Source: Oscillospiraceae bacterium (GTDB lineage: Bacteria; Bacteroidota; Bacteroidia; Bacteroidales; WCHB1-69). Taken from it: 64,000 nucleotides of DNA. Location: assembly GCA_963620035.1 (NCBI GenBank), contig CAVEXN010000009.1, positions 5,332 through 69,331 on the forward strand. The letters run 5' to 3'. The notes under the pieces are model-generated. The model searched no databases. It saw only the letters and a list, made by a program, of their open reading frames with translations, and was not told the origin of the DNA. Shown here in pieces: positions 1-9,683 of this stretch. Position 1 is the stretch's first letter, and every line of letters starts with the position of its first letter. The position numbers were made by a program, and so were the translations under genes.

Positions 1-84
1 ATTGATTATCAATAAAATATTATAGATATAATATTTTTCATGAAAAAAATGCACCGGTATAGATGGAGGTTGTCAGAAAAAATG

Positions 85-92
85 TATCTTTG
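85..92 (+). promoter_or_regulatory. Bacteroidota sigma-A -7 box (TATCTTTG) upstream of rpmG
   Basis: Matches TAnnTTTG consensus, 44 nt upstream of the rpmG ATG. Confidence 0.5.
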
Positions 93-135
93 CAGCGTCA
101 AACAAAGTAAGGAATACATTTAAGGCTAACAGAAA

Positions 136-324
136 ATGGCAAAGAAAACGAAAGAAGCCCGTCAGCAGGTGATTTTGGAATGTACGGAGCAAAAAGCAAG
201 CGGCGTGCCGGGTATGTCAAGATACATCACGACAAAGAACAGGAAGAACACGCCAGACAGACTGGAACTTATGAAGTACAATCCGTACTTGAAGAAAATG
301 ACATTGCACAAAGAAGTTAAATAG
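136..324 (+). CDS. rpmG: 50S ribosomal protein L33
   Basis: 62 aa; MAKK...VILECTE...[27 protein letters not shown] is the L33 signature as I know it from Bacteroidales. Confidence 0.93.
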   Translation: MAKKTKEARQQVILECTEQKASGVPGMSRYITTKNRKNTPDRLELMKYNPYLKKMTLHKEVK

Positions 325-341
325 TTTAAAACGAATAAGAG

Positions 342-497
342 ATGGCAAAGAAGGTTGTTGCAACATTGAAAAGAGAGGGTGGCGTAACCTATACCCGAGT
401 GGTGAAAATGGAGCGTTCCCCCAAAACTGGAGCCTACACTTTCAAAGAGACGGTGATTGACTCCTCCACGGTAAAAGACTTTTTGGCTAAAAAGTAA
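342..497 (+). CDS. DUF4295 family small protein (51 aa), not in the ORF track
   Basis: Read by hand: ATG at 342, MAKKVVATLKREGGVTYTRVVKMERSPKTGAYTFKETVIDSSTVKDFLAKK, stop at 495-497. Position between rpmG and ftsY matches conserved Bacteroidota synteny. Confidence 0.8.
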   Translation: MAKKVVATLKREGGVTYTRVVKMERSPKTGAYTFKETVIDSSTVKDFLAKK

Positions 498-520
498 TAT
501 TTTGTTTTCATGGTTGAAAG

Positions 521-547
521 AAGGTGGTTCTCCGAACCGCCTTTTTT
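521..547 (+). terminator. Rho-independent terminator after the rpmG/DUF4295 unit
   Basis: aaggtggttc / gaaccgcctt 10-bp stem (one G-U) followed by T6. Confidence 0.7.
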
Positions 548-617
548 CGTTTTGAGGGTGAATGTAGTTAAAAAAATGCGCTTCCTGCGTCATATACCTT
601 GAACCGCAATTATTTAT

Positions 618-625
618 TATATTTG
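618..625 (+). promoter_or_regulatory. -7 box TATATTTG upstream of ftsY
   Basis: TAnnTTTG match 26 nt upstream of the ATG at 651. Confidence 0.45.
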
Positions 626-650
626 CCGCCTCAAATCAGATTTAAACTCT

Positions 651-1610
651 ATGGGATTTTTTTCGATATTTTCAAAAGAGAAAAAAAACGAACTCAATGA
701 AGGACTCCAGAAGTCAAAGGAGAGTTTCTTCGCGAAACTTGCCAAAACCGTCGTCGGAAAGTCCAAGGTCGACGATGATGTGCTCGACAGGCTTGAAGAG
801 GTGCTCGTGACCTCCGACGTGGGCGTGGAAACAACCCTAAAGATCATCGAACGCATAGAGGCCCGCGTCTCGCGTGACAAGTACATCGGAACCGAACAGC
901 TCAACACGATTCTCAAAGAGGAGATTGTGAACCTGCTGCTGGAAAACGATATAGAGAAAGCCAACGACTTTGTCATACCGGAAAGGGAAACCCCATACGT
1001 GGTGCTTGTCGTCGGGGTGAACGGGGTAGGCAAGACGACGACGATCGGCAAACTCGCCTACCAGTTCAAGAACAACGGCTATTCGGTGATGCTGGGCGCC
1101 GCCGACACGTTCCGCGCCGCCGCCATCGACCAGCTTAAGGTCTGGGCCGAACGCGCCGGCGTGCCTGTCGTGACCCAGAAGATGGGCTCCGACCCTGCCG
1201 CCGTGGCTTACGACACGGTGGCCTCCGCCATCGCCCGCAAAAGCGACGTGGTGCTGATAGACACTGCCGGCCGCCTCCACAACAAGACGAACCTGATGAA
1301 CGAACTCGTCAAGATCAAGAACGTGATCCGCAAACTTATCCCCGACGGTCCCCACGAGGTGATGCTTGTGCTCGACGGCTCCACCGGCCAGAACGCCTTT
1401 GAACAGGCACGCCAGTTCAGCGCAGCCACCGAAGTGAACTCCTTGGCCGTGACGAAACTCGACGGCACCGCAAAAGGCGGCGTGGTCATCGGCATCTCCG
1501 ACCAGTTCAAGATCCCGATCAAGTATATCGGCGTGGGCGAGAGAATAAATCAACTCCAGGTGTTCAACCGCGCCGAATTCGTCGATTCTCTTTTCCCCGA
1601 CAATTGGTAG
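651..1610 (+). CDS. ftsY: Signal recognition particle receptor FtsY
   Basis: SRP-GTPase motifs [32 protein letters not shown]. Confidence 0.95.
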   Translation: MGFFSIFSKEKKNELNEGLQKSKESFFAKLAKTVVGKSKVDDDVLDRLEEVLVTSDVGVETTLKIIERIEARVSRDKYIGTEQLNTILKEEIVNLLLENDIEKANDFVIPERETPYVVLVVGVNGVGKTTTIGKLAYQFKNNGYSVMLGAADTFRAAAIDQLKVWAERAGVPVVTQKMGSDPAAVAYDTVASAIARKSDVVLIDTAGRLHNKTNLMNELVKIKNVIRKLIPDGPHEVMLVLDGSTGQNAFEQARQFSAATEVNSLAVTKLDGTAKGGVVIGISDQFKIPIKYIGVGERINQLQVFNRAEFVDSLFPDNW

Positions 1611-1636
1611 AACGGTTATTTGCCGGCAAGACTGCA

Positions 1637-2500
1637 ATGACTGTCTCCATTGACGAAAAATCAGGTTGCTGCTTCGGCGTAATCAATGCTATCAGGACCG
1701 CCGAAGACTATCTGGCTCTCCATGGGCATCTCTATTGCTTGGGCGACATTGTTCACAACAGCGAAGAGGTGGAACGCCTCACCGGACTGGGGCTGCAAGT
1801 GATAAGCTATGAACAGTTTGCAGCCTTGCACGATACGGTGGTGCTGATACGCGCGCACGGCGAGCCGCCAACCATTTACCGCCTCGCCGAAGAAAACAAC
1901 ATCAGACTCATCGATGCCACATGCCCCGTGGTGCTGAAACTGCAGCAGCGCATCCGTGACTTTTACCGCAACGGAGAAAACCGGCAGAAGCAGATCCTCA
2001 TCTTCGGCAAGAATGGCCACGCCGAGGTGGTCGGGCTGATGGGACAGGCAGACAACAATGTCATCGTTCTCTCCTCTTTTGATGAGGTGGACAAGATTGA
2101 CTTCAGCCGCCCGTCAATGCTCTATTCGCAGACTACGCAAGGACTGCAGCAGTATTACCGCCTCATCGATATGATCCGGAACCGGTACCGTGCCCAAGGC
2201 AAAGAACACCTTTTTGAATATTCGGACACAATCTGCCGAAAGGTCTCCAACCGAGCGGCGGAAATCGCCGAGTTCTCCAGGAACCACGACGCTGTCATCT
2301 TCGTCTCCGGCGAGAAGAGTTCCAACGGACTCTATCTTTTCGAAATCTGCAAGGCAAACAATGCCAACAGTTTTTTCATTTCCAAGAAAGAACAGATTGC
2401 CGGCATCGACTTTTCGCCATACGGAAGCGTCGGCATCTGCGGCGCAACCTCCACCCCGATGTGGCTGATGGAAGCCTGCGCCAAGTGTGTGGAGCGTTGA
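1637..2500 (+). CDS. ispH: 4-hydroxy-3-methylbut-2-enyl diphosphate reductase
   Basis: SGCCFGV, ATCPVV and SSNG motifs typical of IspH/LytB. The track start at 1604 is a TTG; the ATG at 1637 (MTVSIDEKSG) fits homolog N-termini better. Confidence 0.92.
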   Translation: MTVSIDEKSGCCFGVINAIRTAEDYLALHGHLYCLGDIVHNSEEVERLTGLGLQVISYEQFAALHDTVVLIRAHGEPPTIYRLAEENNIRLIDATCPVVLKLQQRIRDFYRNGENRQKQILIFGKNGHAEVVGLMGQADNNVIVLSSFDEVDKIDFSRPSMLYSQTTQGLQQYYRLIDMIRNRYRAQGKEHLFEYSDTICRKVSNRAAEIAEFSRNHDAVIFVSGEKSSNGLYLFEICKANNANSFFISKKEQIAGIDFSPYGSVGICGATSTPMWLMEACAKCVER

Positions 2501-2550
2501 AACGTTACGGGATTTTTTATACTTTTGCATTCATTCTAAAATCAAAAATA

Positions 2551-3192
2551 ATGAAAGACTTTTACACCCTTAAACAAGACACCCGAAACGAACTGCGCGG
2601 TTTTTGGACACAGCCGGTTCTTGCCACATTAGTATTGATGATCATCTCTGGAGCCTGCTCGGCACTTGGCAGCATCGGAATCGGATTCGTTCTGACGCTG
2701 CTGGTCTTCATTCCGCTGGACCTCGGCTACACCATTGCGATGTACGACTTCATACACGGCTCCAAGCTTGACACGATTGACCGCATGTTCAGCTGCTTCA
2801 AACAATATAGCCGCACGCTGGCCGTGTCGCTGCTGAAAAACGTCTATATCTTCCTGTGGTCGCTGCTGCTGATAATTCCCGGCATCGTGAAATCTTACTC
2901 TTACGCGATGACCTATTACATAGCCAAGGAGAATCCTGAAATGCGCCCCGAAGAGTGCATCAACGCCAGCATGAGGATGATGCATGGCTATAAAGGCAGG
3001 CTTTTCCTGCTCGACTTGAGCTTTATTGGATGGTTGATCTTGAGCGTGCTCACTTTCGGCATTCTGTTTTTATGGGTACTGCCGTGGATGGAAGCCACAC
3101 ACGTCAACTTCTATGAGGAACTGAAAGCCAAGAATGCACCTGATCACACTACCGGGACAGGTTGGTACACGACAAATACGAATGAGAACTAA
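2551..3192 (+). CDS. DUF975 family integral membrane protein
   Basis: Multi-pass membrane protein. N-terminus MKDFYTLKQDTRNELRGFW and overall layout resemble DUF975. Start moved to the ATG at 2551. Confidence 0.7.
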   Translation: MKDFYTLKQDTRNELRGFWTQPVLATLVLMIISGACSALGSIGIGFVLTLLVFIPLDLGYTIAMYDFIHGSKLDTIDRMFSCFKQYSRTLAVSLLKNVYIFLWSLLLIIPGIVKSYSYAMTYYIAKENPEMRPEECINASMRMMHGYKGRLFLLDLSFIGWLILSVLTFGILFLWVLPWMEATHVNFYEELKAKNAPDHTTGTGWYTTNTNEN

Positions 3193-3216
3193 TAGATACC
3201 TATAAAATACTGGAAA

Positions 3217-4755
3217 ATGAAGAGAGCAATTGTCAGTGTCAGCGACAAGACGGGACTTGTGCCTTTTGTGGCAGGACTTGTTGAACAAGGATATGAAATA
3301 GTCTCTACCGGCGGGACAAAAAAAATGCTGGAAGATGCCGGTCTTAAGCCCATCGGCATAAGCGAGGTTACGGGTTTCCCCGAAATCATGGACGGTCGCG
3401 TGAAGACGCTGCATCCTAAGGTACACGGCGGTCTGCTCGCAGTACGCGACAATGCGGTACATCGCAATGAGATGGAAGAAAACGGCATCGCTCCTATCGA
3501 TATGGTAGTCGTCAACCTGTACCCTTTCAAGAAGACCGTCGAAAAACCTGGCGTCTCTTTTGAAGAGGCCATAGAGAATATAGACATCGGCGGTCCTTCG
3601 ATGCTGCGCAGTGCAGCCAAAAACCACCGCTTCGTCACTGCGGTGACGGACAGCGCCGACTATGATGCGGTGCTGGAGGAAATAAGAACTCACGGCGACA
3701 CCACATACGAAACCCGCCGCCGGCTTGCCGCCAAAGTGTTCCGCCATACTGCCGCCTATGATACCTACATATCGACATATCTTACCGAAAAGGCCGGCGA
3801 AAAAGATCCCGAAAGCCTGACCATGACGTTTACCCGCAAGCAGAGCCTCCGTTATGGCGAGAACCCGCACCAGCAGGCTACTTTTTATGCCGGGGAAAAA
3901 CAGGGTTATTCCATCGCTTGGGCAAATCAACTGCATGGAAAAGAGTTGTCATACAACAATATCCAGGATGCAGATGCCACTTTGCAGTTGTTGCGCGAAT
4001 TCAGGGAACCTACGGTAGTGGCCGTCAAACACAAGAACCCTTGCGGTGTAGGTGTCGGCGAGAATGTGATGCAGGCCTGGCAGCGCGCCTACGAAGCAGA
4101 CCCCGTTTCGATATTCGGCGGCATCGTGGCTTCAAACAGAGCAATCGACAAGGCTACGGCAGAGGCCATGAAGCCCGTGTTCCTCGAGATTATCCTCGCC
4201 CCGAGTTTCACGCAAGAAGCCTTTGACTGCCTCTCGACAAAGAAGAACATCCGGCTGATGACCTTTGACGCCGCCCCCTCTTCCTGCATAGATGACACGA
4301 CGTTTGTGAGTGTGCGCGGCGGCGTGCTGCGGCAGACTGTCGACAACAAGTCGCCCGAAGATTATACGCTCAATGTGGTGACGGAGAAACAACCTACGGA
4401 TAAAGAGATGAAAGACCTGTTCCTTGCGATGAAGATCTGCAAGCATGTGCGTTCCAATGCCATTACGGTGGCGGCAGACGGCAAGATTGCCGGTATTGGC
4501 GCCGGACAGATGAACCGCGTGGGCGCAGCACATATCGCACTCGAAGAGGCAAAAGGCAAAGGTCTCTCTTCTGGGCTCTGCCTCGCCTCGGATGCTTTCT
4601 TCCCCTTTGACGATGTGGTGAAGATGGCGGCCGAATACGGCGTTACAGCAATCATCCAGCCCGGCGGATCCGTGAGGGACGCAGACTCCATCAAAGCCTG
4701 CAACGATCTGGGCATCGCAATGGTCTTCACCGGCGTGCGCCACTTCAGACACTAA
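3217..4755 (+). CDS. purH: Bifunctional AICAR transformylase / IMP cyclohydrolase
   Basis: MGS-like N-terminus SVSDKTGL, KTLHPKVHGG, C-terminal TGVRHFRH. Confidence 0.97.
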   Translation: MKRAIVSVSDKTGLVPFVAGLVEQGYEIVSTGGTKKMLEDAGLKPIGISEVTGFPEIMDGRVKTLHPKVHGGLLAVRDNAVHRNEMEENGIAPIDMVVVNLYPFKKTVEKPGVSFEEAIENIDIGGPSMLRSAAKNHRFVTAVTDSADYDAVLEEIRTHGDTTYETRRRLAAKVFRHTAAYDTYISTYLTEKAGEKDPESLTMTFTRKQSLRYGENPHQQATFYAGEKQGYSIAWANQLHGKELSYNNIQDADATLQLLREFREPTVVAVKHKNPCGVGVGENVMQAWQRAYEADPVSIFGGIVASNRAIDKATAEAMKPVFLEIILAPSFTQEAFDCLSTKKNIRLMTFDAAPSSCIDDTTFVSVRGGVLRQTVDNKSPEDYTLNVVTEKQPTDKEMKDLFLAMKICKHVRSNAITVAADGKIAGIGAGQMNRVGAAHIALEEAKGKGLSSGLCLASDAFFPFDDVVKMAAEYGVTAIIQPGGSVRDADSIKACNDLGIAMVFTGVRHFRH

Positions 4756-4780
4756 AACCGCTTCACTACGGCATCCGGCT

Positions 4781-5455
4781 ATGGCAGTCAACCCTCAAAT
4801 TGAAGATTCTTGGAAAATGGTGCTCCGGGACCAGTTTCAGGCACCATACTTTTCAGAACTGAAAGCTTTCCTGACGGAAGAGAAGAAGCATTACCGCATT
4901 TTCCCGGCAGGAAACTGCATCTTCAACGCTTTCGATTCTACCCCTTTCGACGAGGTTAAGGTTGTCATCATCGGACAAGACCCCTATCATGAATTGGGGC
5001 AGGCGCACGGACTCTGCTTCTCGGTTCAGGACGGCGTGCCTTTCCCCAAGTCACTGCTCAACATCTTCAAGGAACTCGCAGACGACACCGGCTTTTCCAT
5101 GCCCCGCAGCGGCAACCTGCAGAAATGGGCGAAGCAAGGTGTACTGCTGCTCAACGCGACCCTCACTGTTCGAGAGCATGCGGCCGGCTCTCATCAAGGG
5201 CACGGTTGGGAAACGTTCACGGACTGTGCCATACAGCGGCTGTCGCAGCAGAAAACCGGTCTGGTGTTCCTGCTTTGGGGCAACTATGCCATCAACAAGC
5301 GCACACTCATTGATGCGGGAAGGCATTATGTGCTCACAGCCGCGCACCCATCGCCGCTTTCTGCCTACAGGGGGTTCTTCGGTTGCCGACATTTCTCTAA
5401 AACCAACGAACTGCTGAAAAGCATGGGTAAAGCCCCTATCGACTGGCAATTGTGA
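4781..5455 (+). CDS. ung: Uracil-DNA glycosylase (family 1)
   Basis: GQDPYH water-activating loop and HPSPLSA motif. Confidence 0.95.
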   Translation: MAVNPQIEDSWKMVLRDQFQAPYFSELKAFLTEEKKHYRIFPAGNCIFNAFDSTPFDEVKVVIIGQDPYHELGQAHGLCFSVQDGVPFPKSLLNIFKELADDTGFSMPRSGNLQKWAKQGVLLLNATLTVREHAAGSHQGHGWETFTDCAIQRLSQQKTGLVFLLWGNYAINKRTLIDAGRHYVLTAAHPSPLSAYRGFFGCRHFSKTNELLKSMGKAPIDWQL

Positions 5456-5525
5456 ACCCGCACTTGAAAAGTGCAGCAGTTCTTCATCTTTTGACAGTAA
5501 CAGAAAAAAGAAGAAAACTTAAAAA

Positions 5526-7835
5526 ATGTACAACGGTTCTAAAACGAATAAGAAAAAGGTAAGAAACGGCAACCATAAAGGCGGCGGCGAAAGGTCGCGC
5601 TATATCAAGCCGTTCTGGATCGCATATGCCTCGCTGGTCGGTTTGACGGTAATCGTGTTCCTGTTCATCTCGCTGGGTTGGATGGGGTATATGCCGTCGT
5701 TCTCTGAATTGGAGAACCCCTCGTCGAACCTCGCTTCGGAGGTCATCGCCGAGGATGGCGAACTGTTAGGCACCTATTACCGCGAAAACCGTTCCAACTG
5801 CAAGTACGAAGACCTGTCGCAACCGCTCAAGGACGCTTTGATTGCCACGGAGGACTCCCGCTTCTATAGACATTCCGGAGTGGATGTGAAAGCCCTGTTC
5901 CGTGTGGCAAGCGGCGTGCTTACCTTTAACCGTAAGGGCGGCGGAAGCACGATTACGCAGCAACTGGCCAAGAACCTCTTCCCCCGCACTTCCGGCGACA
6001 GCAAGATTAAACTGGTGTTCACCAAACTCAAAGAGTGGGTGGTGGCTGCAAAATTGGAAAGAGAGTATTCCAAAGATGAGATCATCGCTATGTATTTCAA
6101 TACAGTTGACTTTGGAAATCAGGCAGTTGGCATCAAGTCGGCAGCACGCACCTATTTCGACAAACGCCCCGACGAGATCAATGACGAAGAGGCGGCCTTG
6201 CTGGTGGGTATGCTGAAAGCTCCCTCAAAGTACAGCCCCCGCCGTCACTACCAAGCAGCGATGAACCGAAGGAACACGGTGCTCGGCCAGATGAAGAAAT
6301 ACGGTTACCTCTCCCACGAGGATTTCGATTCATTGAGGATGCTGCCTATCGACATGTCGAATTTCCGCTCTCAAGTGCATTATGCCGGCAAAGCAACCTA
6401 TTTCAGGGAGTACCTGCGACTTGTGCTGAAAGACTGGTGCGACAAGAACCCTAAGAAAGACGGCTCGCATTATGACCTCTACTGCGACGGTCTGAAGATT
6501 TACACGACCATAGATTCCCGTATGCAGAAACATGCCGAAGATGCCGTGAAAGAACATGTCTGCAACTATCTGCAGCCTCTCTTTTTTGCGCAGAATAAAA
6601 AGGCCAAGAACGCTCCGTTTGTCAATCTGTCTGAAGAGCAGACGAATACGATACTATGGAATGCCGTAAAGCGTTCGGAAAGATATGAGGTGATGAAAGA
6701 TGCCGGCATGAGCGATGAGCAGGTTAAAGCGGCTTTCAGCAAGCCCGTGAAGATGAAAGTCTATTCCTATTCGGGCATGAGAGATACGGTGATGTCGCCA
6801 TACGACTCTATACGCTATTACAAGTCGTTTCTGCAGTGCGGCCTGATGTGTATGGAGGTGAACACCGGTCATGTGAAAGCATACGTAGGCGGCACCGACT
6901 ACGAACATTTCCAGTTCGACCATGTCAAACTCTCCAGACGGCAAGTCGGCTCCACTTTCAAGCCATACGTCTATACGGTGGCTATGCAGAGCGGCGAGTT
7001 TGACCCTTGCACCATGGTGCCCAATGTGCCAGTCACCATTGAAGTGCCGGGCGGCACGTGGACGCCCCGTAACTCCGGCGACTACAAGGAGGGGCAGATG
7101 TTGCCCTTGCGCGAAGCACTGGCGCACTCCCTCAACCAGGTGTCGGCATACCTGATGAAACGCTATGGTCCAGAAGCCGTCATCAATCTTGTACGCAATA
7201 TGGGTATGACTTCCGACATCCCCTCTGTGCCGGCAATATGCCTCGGTGCCTGCGAACTCACCCTCTATGAGCAAGTGGGCGCCATCAACTGCTTTCCGAA
7301 CCACGGCGTCTATGTGGAACCTATTTTCATAACCAAAATCTGCGACAGGGATGGGAATGTCATCTATACAAAAGTGCCCAAAACAAACGAGGCCATAAAC
7401 CAGATTACGGCGTTCAAGACCGTACGGCTGATGCAGGGCGTTGTCGATTACGGCACCAGCGGGAGACTCAGAAGCCAGTACAAACTAGATTTTCCTGTAG
7501 GCGGCAAGACCGGCACCACCGACAACCAGTCAGACGGCTGGTTTGTGGGCTATACTCCGCTGCTGACCTGCGGCGTTTGGGTGGGTTGCGAGGACCGCGC
7601 CGCACATTTCAGAAGTATGGCCTACGGACAGGGAGCACGAACCGCAATGCCTGTGTTCGGTCTGTTTATGAGGAAAGTATATGACGATGAAGCCTTGCCC
7701 TATTACTATGTGGTCAGAGGCGACAACAAATATTCAAACAAGGGTTACGATTTCCTTATCCCCGAGGCTTATACCGGAGACCCTTCCGGTTGCAATGAGG
7801 TGAAAAAGAAAGAAACAGAACTGAATTTCGATTAG
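5526..7835 (+). CDS. mrcA: Class A penicillin-binding protein (transglycosylase/transpeptidase, PBP1A-like)
   Basis: GT51 motifs EDSRFYRHSGVD and GGSTITQQLAKN; transpeptidase motifs STFKP, SLN, KTGTT; N-terminal membrane anchor. Confidence 0.92.
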   Translation: MYNGSKTNKKKVRNGNHKGGGERSRYIKPFWIAYASLVGLTVIVFLFISLGWMGYMPSFSELENPSSNLASEVIAEDGELLGTYYRENRSNCKYEDLSQPLKDALIATEDSRFYRHSGVDVKALFRVASGVLTFNRKGGGSTITQQLAKNLFPRTSGDSKIKLVFTKLKEWVVAAKLEREYSKDEIIAMYFNTVDFGNQAVGIKSAARTYFDKRPDEINDEEAALLVGMLKAPSKYSPRRHYQAAMNRRNTVLGQMKKYGYLSHEDFDSLRMLPIDMSNFRSQVHYAGKATYFREYLRLVLKDWCDKNPKKDGSHYDLYCDGLKIYTTIDSRMQKHAEDAVKEHVCNYLQPLFFAQNKKAKNAPFVNLSEEQTNTILWNAVKRSERYEVMKDAGMSDEQVKAAFSKPVKMKVYSYSGMRDTVMSPYDSIRYYKSFLQCGLMCMEVNTGHVKAYVGGTDYEHFQFDHVKLSRRQVGSTFKPYVYTVAMQSGEFDPCTMVPNVPVTIEVPGGTWTPRNSGDYKEGQMLPLREALAHSLNQVSAYLMKRYGPEAVINLVRNMGMTSDIPSVPAICLGACELTLYEQVGAINCFPNHGVYVEPIFITKICDRDGNVIYTKVPKTNEAINQITAFKTVRLMQGVVDYGTSGRLRSQYKLDFPVGGKTGTTDNQSDGWFVGYTPLLTCGVWVGCEDRAAHFRSMAYGQGARTAMPVFGLFMRKVYDDEALPYYYVVRGDNKYSNKGYDFLIPEAYTGDPSGCNEVKKKETELNFD

Positions 7836-9595
7836 TTTCGCATTTTCACGGCGCGCAGCGTGGCCTGTCTATTCCCCTGGCTTATCTTGACGATATACAG
7901 ACCTGCCGGCCAGCCCGATGCCGGGATGGTCAAGGTTTCATAATCTCCTTCAACGGAATACATATGTTGCCCGATGGCATTGTAAACCTCGGCTTTGGTG
8001 ATGTTGCCCGACTGCCCGCGGACGGTGAAAGCATTGCCCTGTATAGGGTTAGGATAGAGGAGGACGCTTGCGCCGGTGTGATCAGTCATGGAAGACGTGC
8101 TTTCACTTTCTATTCTGACAGTCCACTCGAGGGTGTCGTGATGCGGTGTCGAAACGCTGTACCGTAGTGTCCTAACGTTCTGTTCAGGTGTAGAGTTGTT
8201 CACGTCTTCTAACAGCGTGTCGGTTGCGCCGAACGGCAGATGCAAGACTACTGTAAGGTCGCTCAAAGGAGTTGAGAGCTGCGGAACGGTTATCGTAAAG
8301 GTGGACGAGTCTGCCGTTGAGGGAATCCCGTCGTAGTGCGTCCCCTCGTCGGCTTCATCAAAGGCGTAGCACGACAGCACCATAGGGTCGATGGTCATGA
8401 TCGGTTGGTAGAACACCTGTCCGAGGGTTGCGTAGTCGGTTTTATGGAAAATGACTGCTTCGGCCGCGGTGTCGCTGTTCGTTCCCCAATAGTTGGAGAC
8501 GGCGTAGCAGTCGAGGCTGCTGTTGTTGTATAGGGCATAGGTAATGCCGCTGTTCCCATTGTCATAGATGACATTCTCGCCGGGGTCTTCCGCAGTGCCC
8601 ATATCTATGACGGGTGCGCCGATGACGGTGATGCCCCAAAGGTTGCCGTAAATGAGATTGTGCCGGATGCGTGCCGTGCAGGTGTTGCTGTACCCCGTAA
8701 TGCTGATGCCGCTGCCGCCGTTGTTGGGACTTGGCTCAAGATCGTTCTTGGCAAGGGTGTTGCCTTCAATCTCCGAATGGATGTCGTATCCGATTTGGGT
8801 GTAGCCGTAGCGGTTGTGCAAGATGATGTTGTCGCGCACGGTCATTTTGGTAGTTCCAGTAGTGGTGAGCAGGTTGGAAATGCCGATGCCGCCCGACTGG
8901 AAACTGGCGACACCCTCAATGTGGTTTCTGGCAATGACAATTGTGTCGGCAGCGCCGGGTCCTAGGTTGATCTGGGCACGGTTGCTGTTGTTCAGCACAT
9001 TGTTGTAGAAACGGCTGTCCAGGATTTTCGGAGACCCCATCAGGTTTACCGCAGAACCGATGGCCGAAGATTCGTTGTGGTGGAAATAGCAGTTCTGGAT
9101 GGTGGGGTTGCAAGACAGGTACTTGACGGCAATGTCCGTGAAGTTGCTGAACTCGCAATTGTCGAAGGTCAGGTCGCTGTTTGACAAGGTTATGCTTTTG
9201 CAGTGGTCAAACCATAGTCCGGACAGTTCGGCGGTCTGCGTGCTGTCAAACCGGATTGTCACGTAGTCTTGCAGCGAGTCGGAGCGAGTGCCGGAAATCT
9301 GCAACTGGCTGTCGCGGGTGGCACAAACAATGACACCTTTGACGATTACGGTAGTGTTGCCGTCAAAGGTGATGCTGTTGACACTTGAATCCAACACTAA
9401 TGTGTCGTTGCTGGAGAGGGTCAGGCTTTGGTGTACAGCGTAGCTCCCTGTCTGTGTTGAGGTCACAAATCCTGACGGGTCAGAGAGCATACCTGCGAAA
9501 GTGTAACTTTCGCCCGATCCGGGGGTTACGACTTGAGCATGACAGATGATCATGCTCAAAAAAATGAAAAAAGAAGCAAGTAATGTTTTTTTCAT
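7832..9595 (-). CDS. Secreted right-handed parallel beta-helix repeat protein with T9SS C-terminal sorting domain
   Basis: Signal peptide MKKTLLASFFIFLSMIICHA. Repeated N-rich turns (NHIEG, DNIILHN, HNLIYGN) typical of PbH1 repeats. C-terminus LYPNP...GLYIVKI is a type A T9SS CTD. Confidence 0.75.
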   Translation of the reverse strand: MKKTLLASFFIFLSMIICHAQVVTPGSGESYTFAGMLSDPSGFVTSTQTGSYAVHQSLTLSSNDTLVLDSSVNSITFDGNTTVIVKGVIVCATRDSQLQISGTRSDSLQDYVTIRFDSTQTAELSGLWFDHCKSITLSNSDLTFDNCEFSNFTDIAVKYLSCNPTIQNCYFHHNESSAIGSAVNLMGSPKILDSRFYNNVLNNSNRAQINLGPGAADTIVIARNHIEGVASFQSGGIGISNLLTTTGTTKMTVRDNIILHNRYGYTQIGYDIHSEIEGNTLAKNDLEPSPNNGGSGISITGYSNTCTARIRHNLIYGNLWGITVIGAPVIDMGTAEDPGENVIYDNGNSGITYALYNNSSLDCYAVSNYWGTNSDTAAEAVIFHKTDYATLGQVFYQPIMTIDPMVLSCYAFDEADEGTHYDGIPSTADSSTFTITVPQLSTPLSDLTVVLHLPFGATDTLLEDVNNSTPEQNVRTLRYSVSTPHHDTLEWTVRIESESTSSMTDHTGASVLLYPNPIQGNAFTVRGQSGNITKAEVYNAIGQHMYSVEGDYETLTIPASGWPAGLYIVKISQGNRQATLRAVKMRN

Positions 9596-9683
9596 TGCTT
9601 TTGATTATAGGGTGGGGGGTGGATATAATCCCACCGTCAATGGAGCGCTTAAAATCTCCCTTGACGGTGGGTGTTTGTTGTGA

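Noticed and set aside
837-1637. Long ORFs antisense to or out of frame with clear genes. Examples: 837-1637 opposite ftsY, 17329-18240 opposite the M23 gene, 37728-38825 opposite coaBC, 62264-63373 across the yfcC end and TPR gene, 4962-5417 inside ung.
   Set aside because: Each lies entirely within a gene that has strong family motifs. Their translations are Arg/Gly/Ala/His-rich low-complexity strings typical of shadow ORFs. None has a promoter box or plausible start context.
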